64,000 bases of DNA. Origin: Amoebidium appalachense (taxonomy: Eukaryota > Protista > Ichthyosporea). Position numbers and translations under genes: made by a program. The notes beneath the pieces were generated by a model that worked only from the letters and a program-made list of their open reading frames with translations, was not told the origin of the DNA and ran no database searches. The stretch's first letter is position 1. Every line of letters begins with the position of its first letter. The stretch covers positions 13,948,524 to 14,012,523 of the forward strand of contig CAVNZM010000004.1 of NCBI GenBank assembly GCA_963693365.1. The letters run 5' to 3'. Of the stretch, positions 33,831-47,966 are shown in pieces.

Positions 33831-33927
<97 letters not shown>

Positions 33928-34066
33928 GCACACAAACACATACAAACACACACAAACATACACACTCACTCACTCACCTACACTTAGCCATATAAGGAAA
34001 TTCAAAAAAATCGTTTTTACGAACGGGGGCCCTACGGGACACACACACACACACGCACACACACAC

Positions 34067-34172
<106 letters not shown>

Positions 34173-34306
34173 ACGCACGTACACACGCACGTACACACGT
34201 ATACATACACGTACACACGCAAGCACACACACATGAACGTTTGCATCATGATTCTGAAAACTTCTCTCGCTCTCTCTCTCTCTCTCTCCCTCCCTCCCTC
34301 CCCCCT

Positions 34307-34395
<89 letters not shown>

Positions 34396-34398
34396 CCC

Positions 34399-34452
<54 letters not shown>

Positions 34453-34515
34453 GGTGTGTGTGTGGGTGTGTGCTTTGCACGCGCGCGCGCGCGTGTGTGG
34501 TGTCTGTGTCTGTGT

Positions 34516-34558
<43 letters not shown>

Positions 34559-34633
34559 GGTCGGGTTGGCAGGGGGAGAGGCCTAGGGGGGGGGGGGGGG
34601 GGGGGGGATGGCCTGCAAGAGTGAATGATTTCG

Positions 34634-34671
<38 letters not shown>

Positions 34672-37600
34672 CCTCGGAGTCGCTGTTCCCCCCCGTCCGA
34701 CGCTCTTCCTCCCTCCTCAGGCCTCCCTCCTCCCCTGCGGCCCTGACGGGTCCCCCTCAGAGTCCCAATCAAGAATCCCATGGCCCCGCTTTATTTCGTT
34801 ATTTGATATTGCTACATACCATAAATACGAATTGGACCCGTGATCCATGCATGTATACGTATGCAGACCTGATATCTGCATGGACATTAACACACATAGG
34901 GACACGTGTACACGTGTGTACTACACGGCAAATCAAGCTCCTTTCCACGCTTGCTCGTCCATGCATGATTTCTGCTTTGGGCCGTTGGGCAGAAGGTTGC
35001 CGTGGCATACTGGTATACCATCTTACCACGCTGAAGCTTATCTCATGTTAACACATGTATAGAATCGTTAATTATTGACCCGGTGTCTTCTTGAAAACGT
35101 CTAACAGAGGCCTGGCCAGTGCAACGTATGTACTGTAATTGTATGTACGCAGTGGCCTTGCACGGTCATCTATACCCAAGCACCAATCCCCAGGGGTATC
35201 TCCTTTAAGGAAAACAATAGCCTTCTCTCTCTCCACAAGTGCTGTGTGCCTATGCACATGTGGGTTGCCATGGTTGGTGATCGCGAGAGTTGCACGTGGT
35301 TGGTTTTTGATAGTTGCGAGCGGCCCGCCAACCACAAATAAAATATCAAGATCAAAACGGGTATCCAATCAAATTGCTTTTGATGGCTCAGATGACAGCA
35401 TATGAAACTGCTCAAAAGGGCCCTAGAAAGTGTACCGATTGGTCGCAGGCACATAGAAAAGGGTAAGATGGCGACAGGTTCCGTATCACTATCAAGAAAG
35501 TCAGCTACTATTTTCTGTGTAAAAAGATGGAGAAAGACATTTTTGGTAAAGTTTAAGAGGTTTTATAGCTATTTTGGGATACCGAAAATTTATTGCAAGG
35601 GCTTTATCAGCCAACTTTGCACCCGAACTGCCACCAAAATTGTTGATGGAATTAGACTTCTGGTTGATGAATTTACATCCCTCAACCCTGTTTCCTATTG
35701 GTCTTTTTGGGGCGGTCATTTGGCACAGATGGATAACCTGCCGATTGGCTGAAGGCTTGCACCAATCGCTGGCGTCACCATAAACCATAATTTACCATAA
35801 TAGGCTAGCTATGCGAGCCAGCCAATCATAAATTGGTCTATGAGAAAAACGAACCATATCAGCCACTTTGCGGTGCCGGCGTCTTCGTTACTCTGAGAAA
35901 ATCCTCAATGCAAGCAGATAAGCTGGAATTCACACCCAAGCAACAGTCTTATATGTCATCAAACCTTCTAGAAAGGTTTTCCTATGTTAGCTACAGGTAT
36001 ACAACAAGTTTTGGATTGAAGTGGACTAGTCCATTTAATCAATTCAATTGGAGGGCCACGTGGATCCATGTGGCTGACTTTGTATTTAGTAGTCCCAGGA
36101 CGCCCGTAACTTCGATGTGCGGGGGGTCGTGAGGATTGGCCCAGACAGTTGCACACCGCATTCCTGGGCCCGGGAATCCTAAATGCCGTGCCTCTGAGTG
36201 GCATCACTGGCATGTGGCGTGTGGGTCCACGATAAACTGTTAATCACAAAAAGATAAAACGAAGTCAAGTTCCCATGTTCCCGGTGGTTTGCGATAAAGG
36301 AACACCAAGCTTTTTTCTGTGTCACACCCACGCGTAATATGTTATGTCATGGCCTGGTGCGCAGAACACAGCATATCGAAACCGTTCGATGGTTGTCAAT
36401 ATCATTAGGTGGAATATATATGCACGGTGTTATGGTTGTTTCTGATCTGAGTACACGAACAATTGCATGGCCACATATCTGCATTGCTGAAGTGACTGGG
36501 GCCTCAGGCACGCACAGATGAATGACATGCCTGGCGGCTCACCAGCCACCTGCAGGCATCATGCATGGCCGACACGAAGACGCCGCGAGATAGCTATCGA
36601 GACAGCTTGAGGTGCCACGTAGACCAGAGTGGGCCAAGCTGGTGCCGGCCGCACAAGCCCGGCCGGGTTGCACCGACGGCGGCCGGGTCCAGCCAACCGC
36701 TATTCACGTGGGAGCTATGATGCCTGGGCTGGGCATGTAGCTACGTAGCCCGTTGTCCGTTGGTGAGCCGTGCTGGGCTGCCCGAACGGTTGCCAACTTG
36801 CACACCGTGAAGCAAAGGCTGCACCCAGCACCAGGCTGCAGCTGGTGGCAGCAAGCCATAGGCTGGTGAATGTCGGAGACTTCGTTTTAAGTGTCGACGG
36901 TACCTTAGGCCTCAGGATGGTGGACGACGCACCGTAATTTCTATGTGCGACGTTTTGTTGTCTAGCTGCGGCCCTGCATGGCAGCCACGCCACAGGCAGA
37001 GAGACCAACGTTAACCGGGATGGTCACCGGGCCGGGCCAGCTCCTAATTAGCTAGGCCTGAGCTGTGCCTACTGGCCTACTAGTTCTTATGTTTTTTGAT
37101 ACGTAAGAGTAGGGGGGAGGCAGGGGGAGAGTGAGGCCTAGGGCCCAGGCCCCGAGCGAGAGAGAGGGCGACAGAGAGAGGGAGCCTCAGCTGGGGGGAG
37201 GGGGGGGCGGGGGGGGAACGGGGAGAGGGAGAGAGAGAGAGAGAGAGGGGGAGAGAGAGAGGGGGGAGAGAGAGAGAGAGAGAGCTAGAGAGAGAGAGAG
37301 AGAGAGAGAGCCTCAGCGGGGAGGGAGGGAGGGAGGGGAAGAGAGAGAGCCTCGGGGGGGGGGGGGGGGGGGGGGAGAGGGAGAGAGAGAGAGAGCCTCA
37401 GAGAGAGAGAGAGGGAAAGGGAAAGAGAGAGAGAGCCTCGAAGAGAGAGAGACTGCGCTCGAGAGAGAGGGGAGGGAGAGAGAGAGGGAGGGAGGGAGAG
37501 AGGGAGAGAGAGAGAGAGTTTGTGTGTGTCACTCAGCTAGAGAGAGTCGAGAGAGAGTGAGAGAGGGAGAGAAGAAGAGGGGGAAGGGGGGGGGGGGGGG

Positions 37601-39305
37601 GGGGAAGGGGGGGGCAGCTTGTGCTTTGCACTTCTAAACAGGCTAGCCTAAGGGAGCCTCTGTAATTTTAATCAACGGTGAAGCTGTGGCATGGCCGCAG
37701 GTTAACACTTGTGGCTAGTCGTAATCTACATTATGACTCGATCATATACCCACAACCAGTCCCCCCTCAACTACAGCGGTGGCCACCAAACCACCATGCA
37801 CCTATATACAACCACTATCAGACTGACTCCAGGCTGATATCTACTAGTAGAGAGGAAAAAATGTGCAATAGTTACCAGTCTCTGCCCATAACTATCAACT
37901 GTTACGCCAATGCTTGACGCATATGCATGCACCATCAACCTGTCTGAGGCAAACTCCGACATGTGAGACTTGAAGATACGGCCTATTAATGTTATGATCA
38001 ATTCATTGTCTTCTTGTGTGTTTGCATGGTGTCACGTGCCTGTGTGTAATATGCTGGGCCGTGCGGGGCCATCCACATCCTATTCGTGCATTTTCAGAAG
38101 TAAACCTAGTCCCCACTATTAGACTGCTGCCGTGCTTTGTGACGTAGATGGCCGGCTGCCGTGCCGGCTGCCTTGCCGACTAGAAGGTGCCGAATCTGCC
38201 AACACATATTACATTAACGGCCATACCCTCCTTTGCGCAGCCCCCCTTCCCCCCCTCCCCCCCCACCCCCCCAGGGAATCTGTCCTGCCAACACAGTGTC
38301 ATATAAACCAAGCTGAATGCCTACCGTTTTCTATCCAACAAGACATTGACCATTCGGAAGCTTTCAGCCCTTCCCCCTCCTCCCCCTCCCCCCCCCCCCC
38401 CCCCCCTCCTCCCCCACATCCCACCCGTGTGCCGAGTTGAGCCTCCCCACCTTGCCTTGGCGGTGACCTTGGGCCTGGTTGTGGGGTTGGTGGGCTGGGT
38501 GGTAGATCGCAGGCCACAGGGTCTGCGGAGCCCACAATCAGTCCATGTTGCTAAGTCACACACACAGCCTCCCTCCACCCCCTCGGACACACACACACAG
38601 ACACACACCGAAACCACATACATACATACACACACCCACACACACACCCACACATACACACACCCACACAGTCACAGACACACATCCACGAACCAACCGA
38701 AAACGAGGGGGGAAGAGGGGAAGGGAGGGAGGGAGAGGGAGAGGGAGAGGGAGGGGGAGGGAGTGAGAGAGAGAGAGAGAGAGAGAGAAAGGAGAGAGAG
38801 AGAGAGAGAGAGGGAGAGAGAGGGAGACAGGAAGGGAGGCCGGGAGAGGGGGGGAATGGAGGAAGCGGGAGGGGCGGAGGGGGGGGGGGGGGGGGAGGGA
38901 GAGGAGAAGGGGGGGAGGGGAGGATGGCCCAGAAGGGTGTGTGTGTGTGGGGGGGGGGGGGGGGGGGGGAGGGGGGGGGGGGGGGATAAAGGGGAGGACG
39001 GAGGTATGGGGGGGGTCCTAGGAATGGGGGAGGGACCGGGGCTGGGGAGACAGGTCCCAAGGGAGAAGGGGGAGGGGAGAGAGGAGAGAGAGGGAGTGGG
39101 AGGGAGGAAGGCCGGGGGGGGGGGGGGGGGGGGGGGAAGGGGGGGGAGGGGGAGAGAGAGAGAGAGAGAGAGGGAGGGAGGGAGGGAGGGAGGGAGGGGG
39201 GGGGGGGGAGAGGGAGGGAGGGAGGGAGGGAGGGACGGAGGGGGGAGGGAGGGAGGGAGAAGGGGGGGGGGGGAGAGGGAGGGAGGGAGGGAGGGAGGAA
39301 GGGAG

Positions 39306-39341
<36 letters not shown>

Positions 39342-39542
39342 GGGAGGGAGGGAGGGAGGGAGGGAGGGAGGGAGGGAGGGAGGGAGGGAGGGAGAGATAG
39401 AGAGAGAGAGAGCATGCAAATGAGCAAGACTGGCACACACCTTCAACAGAAGGCCCTAACTATCCGATGGCCACTATCCATCAAGACATCGTCAGACGGT
39501 CTACCCCCTCCCAACCCTACCCTTCCCTTCTTCATTCTTTAT

Positions 39543-39579
<37 letters not shown>

Positions 39580-39809
39580 CCAAAACCTCACCATCAAACG
39601 ATACCCTCTCATCCACTTGCCCATTCACCCACACCCACACACCAAAAAAAAGGAAAAGAAAGTGAAGGGGGCAGAGAGAGAGAGAGAGAGAAAAGAAAAG
39701 AAACAGGAAACAACCCCCTCCCCCTCCCCCTCCCCCCCCCACCACCACCACCACCACACCCACACAAAGAACAAGGAAGGACCAAGCAGACACTCTCTCC
39801 AACCATAAC

Positions 39810-40101
39810 CCACCCTGTGTGTGTGCCTCTGTTAAATCAGCCTCCTCCCCCTGGCCATCCACCACCACACTAGCCTGGCCCACCAGATCCTCCCCTGTGA
39901 TGCGGTCTGCAAGCACATCCACATCGCTGGACCCCATCTCTTCGGCAGAGTATTTGCGCCCTGCCGAGAGATACATCGAGTCGTTCGCTTGGGCTGCTAG
40001 GTCTGGCGCTGAGTGTGTGTGTGGCCCGGTGGAACGGGTGCTGGCCACGTGTAGCATGGGCTGTGTGTGTGTGTGTGTGTGTGTGTGTTGTGTGTGCGCG
40101 C

Positions 40102-40178
<77 letters not shown>

Positions 40179-40950
40179 GCTTGTGCGTTTTGTGTGTGTG
40201 TGTGGGTGTGTGGGTGGAGCTCGAGGCAAACAAGTCAGCTCTGCAGTCAGGCTACGAGCACCCAAACATCAGGGGCACTGCTCTGTCTCTAGTATGGGGC
40301 GGTAAAAACACGTACTTCCAGCCCAGACGTCGCTGTCACCTGATTGGTTGGCATCAGACTCGTACAATAGATGCACATGATTTTGCGGGACATTTCGCCA
40401 CCCGCGTGCGGCAGCCACACTCGCATGCACTTGAGGCACTGACAGTGCATGATTTCATCTTCACTGCGCATTATGTAAATGATGTGTGTGTGTGGCAATG
40501 AACTTCAGCAACTACCCTTACAGCTATCGCAAGTCACAAAAAGAAACTTATCAAGTGCCTTTAGCCATTGTCGGGTCGGGACACCAAGAATGACCATGTC
40601 GCCCATTAGCGTTGCGCTGTATTTTGCCACCAAAAATGTGATATTTCTCTTGCTACCGGCTTTGCTATCATGCCGTGTGCAGGCACACATGCATGCATGT
40701 GCAGCAGGAGCACACAGGCACCTTGGCAAGTGGGGTGGTCTTTGGAGCTGTGGCCAGCATGTGGCTGGGAGGGGACTGGGGGGCCGACACGGTCTCTCGG
40801 AACGGGGTTGCTGCCTGGCCAGGTGCCGGCCGTCGGTTTGTGGCCGTGTTGGGCGTGTGGCCGGGTGTGGGGGTGCCCCGCTGGCTGCTGATGTCTTGGC
40901 TCAGATCGCTGATCCCCCCAAGCGCTTTGACGTAGCGCTTCCTGCGTGCG

Positions 40951-41014
<64 letters not shown>

Positions 41015-41971
41015 CGCGTGCGTGTGTGTGTGTGTGTGTGTGTGTTGCTGGGCCAGGAGAATGGGCACGTGTGCACGGTGTGTGTGGGGGGGAAGGAGGG
41101 GCGGATGATGAGGTCAAATATGATTAAGGTCAACGTGCAGGTTTTGGGAGCTCTGATTGTTACCTATCTTTGATGTCCGTCCCTCAGACATCCCCCTCCT
41201 CCCCCCACACCCCCTCCCCCCCAACACACACCCACCAAAGTCAAACCCCACACCTCTTGGCCCCTCTTGCCTTGTTCTCCAGACCCATCTACAAACTCAC
41301 AAGAATCTGTGCAACCCCCATCCCCACAACGTACTTTGCCAGTGTAGCGGCCTCCATAGCAGCGCCCAGGCGTGCATGAGCAGCGGCTATGTCCCTCTCG
41401 ACCTGGGCCTTGACATCGTAGTACTGCTGGGCTCGCTCCAGCCGGCTGCTGAACAGCGCCTCGTACCTACAAACGGCCCTTAGCACACGCACAGTGCACA
41501 CAGTGGGCCCACAAGGCAACCCGGGCATATACCAGCATGCTGGAAGGTGGTAAGTGCGTAGATGCATGTTCAAAGCCAGCCGGGAAAGGTGCAGGGACTG
41601 TGGTGCCATGGGGGAAATGGGTGGGTGGGCGGGCGGGGAGGGGGGGGGGGGGGGGGGGGGGGGGAGGGGGGAAGGATGGAAGCAAAGTACGCACTGGAAC
41701 TTATCCTTTTCGGCCTGGCAGCGTGCCTGGTGCTGCATGACCCGCTTGGTCACGGCCTGGTAGCGCTTGCCCACGGCCTCCAGCGCAGCCTTGCACTGGT
41801 TGACCTGCAGCACCCAGCCTCAGACCCTAGGGTCCCCACCGCATCCCTCCCATAACAGGCACTTATGCCCCCCCACCAACCACAGGTCAATTGTCAGCCA
41901 CGTTGCTGACTATTGCATCCATGAAACATTTTGCAACATATATCTCCCCCCCCCCCCCCCCCCCCCCCCCA

Positions 41972-42022
<51 letters not shown>

Positions 42023-43349
42023 GTACATCAAGAAAACAAGAACACACCCTGAATGTGGCCTGGTTGAGGGTGTCCTGAGTCCTGTTGCTGAGGGCTATGA
42101 GCCTTCCACTAGCCTCTTCATCTGCCCCGTCTGTCGGCGTGGCTGCCCGCAGCTCAGCAACAAGTCGCTCCTCTAGCTCCTCCTCTTCTCTCCGTGCCTG
42201 AGCGGTGGAAAAATTGGCCACATAGAAAATACTACACAGCCCGGAGGGTATGCAAAGCGCCACAGAGTACCCAGCACACATTCATGATGGGCAACACATT
42301 GCCGACTTTGCAATGCACACACAAAGAGATGTGTGCGCGCGTGCGTGTATGCGTGTGGCCCTGTGTGGGCGTCCGCATGTTATTACATTTGTGATTGTGT
42401 GTGTGAAAGAAGGCATAGGGGTGTGCCTGTGCGCGTGTCCCTGTGTGCCCGTGGGGTGTGTGTGGCTGTGTGCATTGCCTGTGTGCATGCGCATGTGCAT
42501 GTGCCTATGTGTTCGTGTGTGTGTGCCTGTGTGCATGTGCACGAGGCTGTGTGCCCACCCACCATGTCCAGGGCCTCTGCTGCCTGCTCGTACTGCAGCG
42601 CCACCATCTGTGCCTCCTCCTGGCCCTTTCTGCACCCCTCCCCCTCATGTGAGCACCCACCCTGCCACCCTGCACCATCCACTCATGCACCTAAAAGGGG
42701 TGGGCTCCCGATTCTCCCCAGGTATTGTGACTGCATTGGGCCTGCAGCCTTTATGCCGGCTCATAGTACCGCACAGGGGGGGATATGTCATGGTGCTGCC
42801 GAGCAGACAGATGTATGTGGGTGCCTGCAGGCCATCATGTTGTCTGCCAAACGCTCTATCCTCCATGCCGCCAGCCAAGGCTACGTGTGTGTCTGGCAGT
42901 GCACGGTGTGGGGCAGGGCAGGGCACATACACCATTGCCTGGTGGGCCACAAAATAGGCCTCGGTCTTCTCCACGGCTGACCGCACCCCCGACCTCTTCA
43001 ACGTCTCGTGCAGCAATTTATCCCCTGTGTGATGAAAAGTCAAAAAGATGCCAGAACACATGATCCGGCTTTCCATGTTTAAGTCTCCCTCCCTACCAAC
43101 TTCCCCCCTTCCCTCGCCCCCCTCCCCCTCCCCCCCCCCGACGACTGTCCGTTAAAAGAAAACAACTCTCGTCAAGCCCAGCACCAGAAGCAGACAAGCA
43201 AGGCCAGACAGATCTTTTGTACCGTTGATGACGGCCTGCTTGTAGGCCCTCTTCGCCGCTGTCAGTGCATTCTCCGTGTAGTTGACCGTGTCCATGGCAG
43301 TCGTCATCTCCTCAAGCACTCCCTGTCCGGCCGTCTCGTTAGCCAACAT

Positions 43350-43397
<48 letters not shown>

Positions 43398-44068
43398 CCG
43401 CGCGCGCCCCTCCCTCCCTCCCTCTGCCCCTCTTCCTCCCCACCCCCACCATCACCACCACACCACATACAGGCGCCACTACTGCCAGCGCGCACACACC
43501 CTCCAATAGCCTCCTCACACACCATATGTAGCCGCCCTTTCCGTTCACTCTGCACCACAGATTCGCACGTTTATTCTTCTAATACCTCACTTGAGGCATT
43601 TCGTTTCGTGATACAGCAAGAACATAGCCAGACACAAACACAAGCACTCACCCATAAGAAGGCAAAACTCATTTCAAAAGACATGCAAGCACAACGAGAG
43701 CATACACAAACGGACACACTCCACACCCAGACACAGACAAATCCCCCCCTCCCCCCTCCCCCCTGCCCCCCCCCCCCCCCCCTCCCCCCCCCCCCCCCCC
43801 CCCCCAACAGCAAGCAACATAGTCAGACACAAACACAAGCACTCACCCAGAAGAAGGCAAAACTCATTTCAAAAGACATGCAAGCACAACGAGAGCATAC
43901 ACAAACGGACACACTCCACACCCAGACACAGACAAATCCCCCCTCCCCTCCCCCCTGCCCCCCCCCCCCCCCCCCCCCCTCCTCCTTTCCCCCCAAAACA
44001 CACACACACACACATACACACACCTTCCACTGTCAACACCAACGCACACACGCACGCGCATACACACA

Positions 44069-44158
<90 letters not shown>

Positions 44159-44511
44159 GAAACAAAAGATCTGTGCTTGCAAACACACACATACTATAGA
44201 TTCTTGCACAATACCTCGACACGGGGATCCACTGGTTCGTTCGCATGCTCATCCTCCGACTCATTGTCCGAGTGGACTTCGTCCCGAATAGTGCTGTGGT
44301 TTGGGTGCACACAAACATCGTGTATGTTAGGTGTGTGGGTGTGTTGTGTTGTGTACTCCTTGAGCGTGTGGGTGCATGTGTGCACCCAAGTGTGCTGCAC
44401 GTCGGGTGTGCACGTGTGTGTCTGACTTTTGTTCTATCTGCAGGTGGGTGTGCATGCACAGGTGGCGCTGTGTGCAACTCAGTTGGTGTGTGTGTGCCAG
44501 TGAGTGTGTGT

Positions 44512-44607
<96 letters not shown>

Positions 44608-44987
44608 TGTGTGTGTTTGTTTGCCGTGTGCGCGTGCACCTGGGTTCGTTTCACTGTGATGAAAACGTAATAAGCTTTCACACACATCTTCAACTATAGA
44701 TCCAAACTCACACATCTAGCAAACCATCACACACAGGCTAATTCACTCCGCCCAAGGGAAACTAAGGATACCAGCATATATCATTACACTCACAGCTTCC
44801 TATTTGTATGGTTTATATGAGTGTCTCACAACACCTTTATGCAGGAGGGGGGCAGCACACACCCATGGTCAGCCTCAGCATCTGTGTCCGTTACAGACAC
44901 TATTGGCGGTAGATCTGGTGGGGAAAAAGGTGTGGCCGAGGTCCCAAGAGTGGGGGAGACTCCTTCGCTAGTCACGTCCTCAGACAT
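39810..44987 (-). CDS. SH3BP5-like: SH3BP5/SH3BP5L (Sab/Parcas/REI-1) family coiled-coil protein, putative Rab11 GEF; 3' end uncertain
   Basis: Exons: 44987-44863; 44293-44215 (EPVDPRVE); ~43322-43222 ([34 protein letters not shown]); ~43024-42931 ([17 protein letters not shown]); ~42629-42563 ([20 protein letters not shown]); ~42197-42048 (LNQATFR); ~41804-41694; ~41465-41334 ([11 protein letters not shown]...TLAK); ~40940-40790 ([20 protein letters not shown]); ~40060-39813. These motifs occur in the same order as recalled SH3BP5 motifs DPRIQ, AVEDSKPYWEA, LNHATQRV, SKPYFELKA and LAKGEYKMALKNLEMISDEI. Confidence 0.85.
43613..43975. repeat. ~194-bp intronic tandem duplication
   Basis: acagcaag(c)aacatag(c/t)cagacacaaacacaagcactcaccca...cagacaaatccccc occurs at 43613 and 43807, each copy followed by a poly-C tract. 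Confidence 0.9.
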
Positions 44988-45180
44988 GTCCAAGCGGGCT
45001 CTGCCAAGCACACAACGTGTTAGCTTGAGGCAGCTCAAAGCAGGAAGGTCTAAGGAGTACACGGTCTGAAGGTTGAGGTGCATAGCCCGTGGGGCGAAGT
45101 ACATAGACCAGGACTTTCAAATGTCAAAAATAGAAACATGACGTCCATCTGCATGTGCAGGTGTGTGCAGCGCGTGCTTG

Positions 45181-45254
<74 letters not shown>

Positions 45255-47966
45255 GCGTGTGTGTGTGCGTGTGTGCGTGCATGTGTGTGCCACAGTGTGC
45301 GTTCACGCATGTGCGTACTTATGTCGGTCTTTTTTTTTTTTTTTTTTTTTTTGGGGGGGGGGGGGGGGGTTGGGATGTCTGTTAAAGAATGTCGATGTCT
45401 TTTTTTTTTTTAGGGAGGGGGGGAGGGGGGGAGGGGGCCGGGGGTAGGAATGTCTCTTTAACAGCAAAACTACTTGGCTTTAGATGCTCAGGCCCCCCAA
45501 GTGAAAACTAACCTGCAAGCTTAAGCTCGCCTGGAGGGTGTCATGCGGAAGCCCATGCCGTTGCCCACTCGCAGACCTGTCTACTGTATCGTCCTTGTGT
45601 GCTAGAGCCAGTTTAACGTTTACAGTTCTGCTAATTTTTGGAGACAAAAATTCACGCCTACCAGTGCCCGAGTAAACAGTATCAGCAAGCAATAGCAAGC
45701 ACTAGTTGATTCTCTCCTACTCAGAAAAACCAATGCACACAGATCTATTCCCCCATTTACCCACTGTTAACACGCACCTGGCGCCACCCTTTGAGTGCAC
45801 ACCCTTTATTTACCCGCACATACACACTGCCACACTATGAGAGGTAGAATGTCTACTTCCTTCTGGACTTTTTTCACTAAATTTGCTCTGCTGCATGGCC
45901 ATGGGCCAACTTTCTGTTTTCTCGTCGGCCCCTTTTTTGCGTAAAAGCCATTAGACCAAACTGGAGGGGACGAAGCACGACACCATTGGTCAATAACGCA
46001 TCAATGACGTCACTAGGACCCACCTTTGTGTTTGTGAAAGGCCTTCAATCGGTGGAGGTGAACTGGAGGTTTGTGACACACACAGTAGTAGGCTAGGTGT
46101 TTTTTCCTACATCCTACGCGTGAACAAGGTGGGCCACAAAGGTGTGCCGAGCTGGTCAGTGTGTACCCAGCAGCTGTTAGGTTGGCACAACTTGCAGGGG
46201 TCCACTGGAGAGCTGTCGGTGAGTGCACAACAGTTGAATACTTGTTTTTGGCTTACACGGCACAGAATCTGCTCGAGAATTGAGAGAGTGGACATCCATT
46301 TAGCCTTTGGTGGTGACGATTACAAGACAAGAAACACCAGTCAGGAAACAAAACACATTGTGGGCTCAGGTAGTGCGTGTTCGGGCACTCGGTCACTCTA
46401 AGCCTCTATGCTGTTCGTGCGCTGATCTCAGCACGATCGATCTCAGCACGATCAGCACCTGTTCAGGTGCTGATCTCAGCACGATCGCTTCACCGTGACA
46501 GGTGAAGCGCACGCAGAGTTGTATGGGCCATTGCTATGATTTCTATGGCACACACTCAAGCCACAAAGGCAGTTTTGCTTGTGTTGGCTTTCTATGACAA
46601 ACTTTAATGTTTGCTGCATGGTAACCCATACAGACCTTATCGACAGCCGGCTGTTTTCCGTTTGCCGATTCCACAAAGCTTGCTCAGCATATGCCATCTC
46701 GCCGTGCAAGCCCCTCCCTCCCCCTCAGCCCCCCCCCCCCCCCCCCCCCCCCTCTCCCTCCCTTGTTCATCACTCTCCTCCCTTTGCACAGCACACCCTT
46801 AACCTGCCCACTCAGCAGCATCCTATATTTAATACATATTCCTCAATATTGCACGTTACGTGGCGTTGTCTGGTGCACGTCCCTTTCTCTGGCTCACGGG
46901 CACAACTGCCTAGGAATTCGCAAAAACATAATTCAGCAGTGCACGTGCTTGGCGGCGCTCTATAGAAATTAAGACCGAAACTTGAGATTCCTCTTCCAAC
47001 TTAACAGATGCTGCTGGTTAAAACGTTAACCGCCAACAAAAGCTCCTGTTGGCCCATACTATCAGTACTTGACTTCGTTGTATGTTGTGACATAGAATGG
47101 TGAAACCTGTGTAAGCCACCCTTCATTCGTGCTGTGCAGGTGTAGTGTGAAGTTCGTACTCGTTCTTTGGCTGGCATGATACGACTACAAACTGCCGCTA
47201 TTTGTTCAAACAGTGTGCAAAAAGCATATATGGTTCAAATACATTGTGTGCAGATGTGTGTTGTCAAAAAGCATGGATGTTACGAGTGTGCATGTTTTGA
47301 GTTGATGTGGGTCTGGGTGCAAGATTGCGCCGTTGTGTAGCTTGCTTTTGTGCAGGACACAAGCACGCAACACTCTTTGGATTGGCTAGCGCTTTTGTGC
47401 GCACCAGCACGATTACTTGGTTAGTATGCACGTATGCCTATTTGTACGCACAGAGAGAAAGAAAACAACTTACCCGTTTGTAGGCGAAAATGGTTTCAGC
47501 ACAAAGCGCACTGAGCTTATGAATAAACCTTTGTTCTCTGGAATCTCAGAGGCTGTTTTCAAAGGACAACGAAACCCGTGGCCGGCAATGATATGTGCCA
47601 AGATATATTTTTATTGCAAAGTATTTATGGTGCTTATTTCAGATTTGCTGTTCCTTGCACGGAGCGAAGCGATAACACACAGCCACAGGTCTCTTTGTTT
47701 CAGAACACACAGCCACAGGTCTCTTTGTTTCAGATCTATGAGCTTTATTTTTATGCTCAATCTTGTTCAAACAGTGTGCAAAAAGCATATATATGTACGG
47801 TCACATACTTGCTATTCCATACGTATCATTACAACACGTGCGTTCATTCATGGCCTGTTACCCCGGTGAGGCAGGCCAAATTCTATGTACAACTAGAAAA
47901 TCAGCAGCGTTCTTATGCCTTCTTACCATTATGTTACGTGCTATTAAACGAAACACTATTTAGCAA

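Noticed and set aside
35760-35788. RNase H 'DAS' motif (VYGDASDW)
   Set aside because: It is on the opposite strand from the weak RT-like fragment and has no following catalytic motifs.
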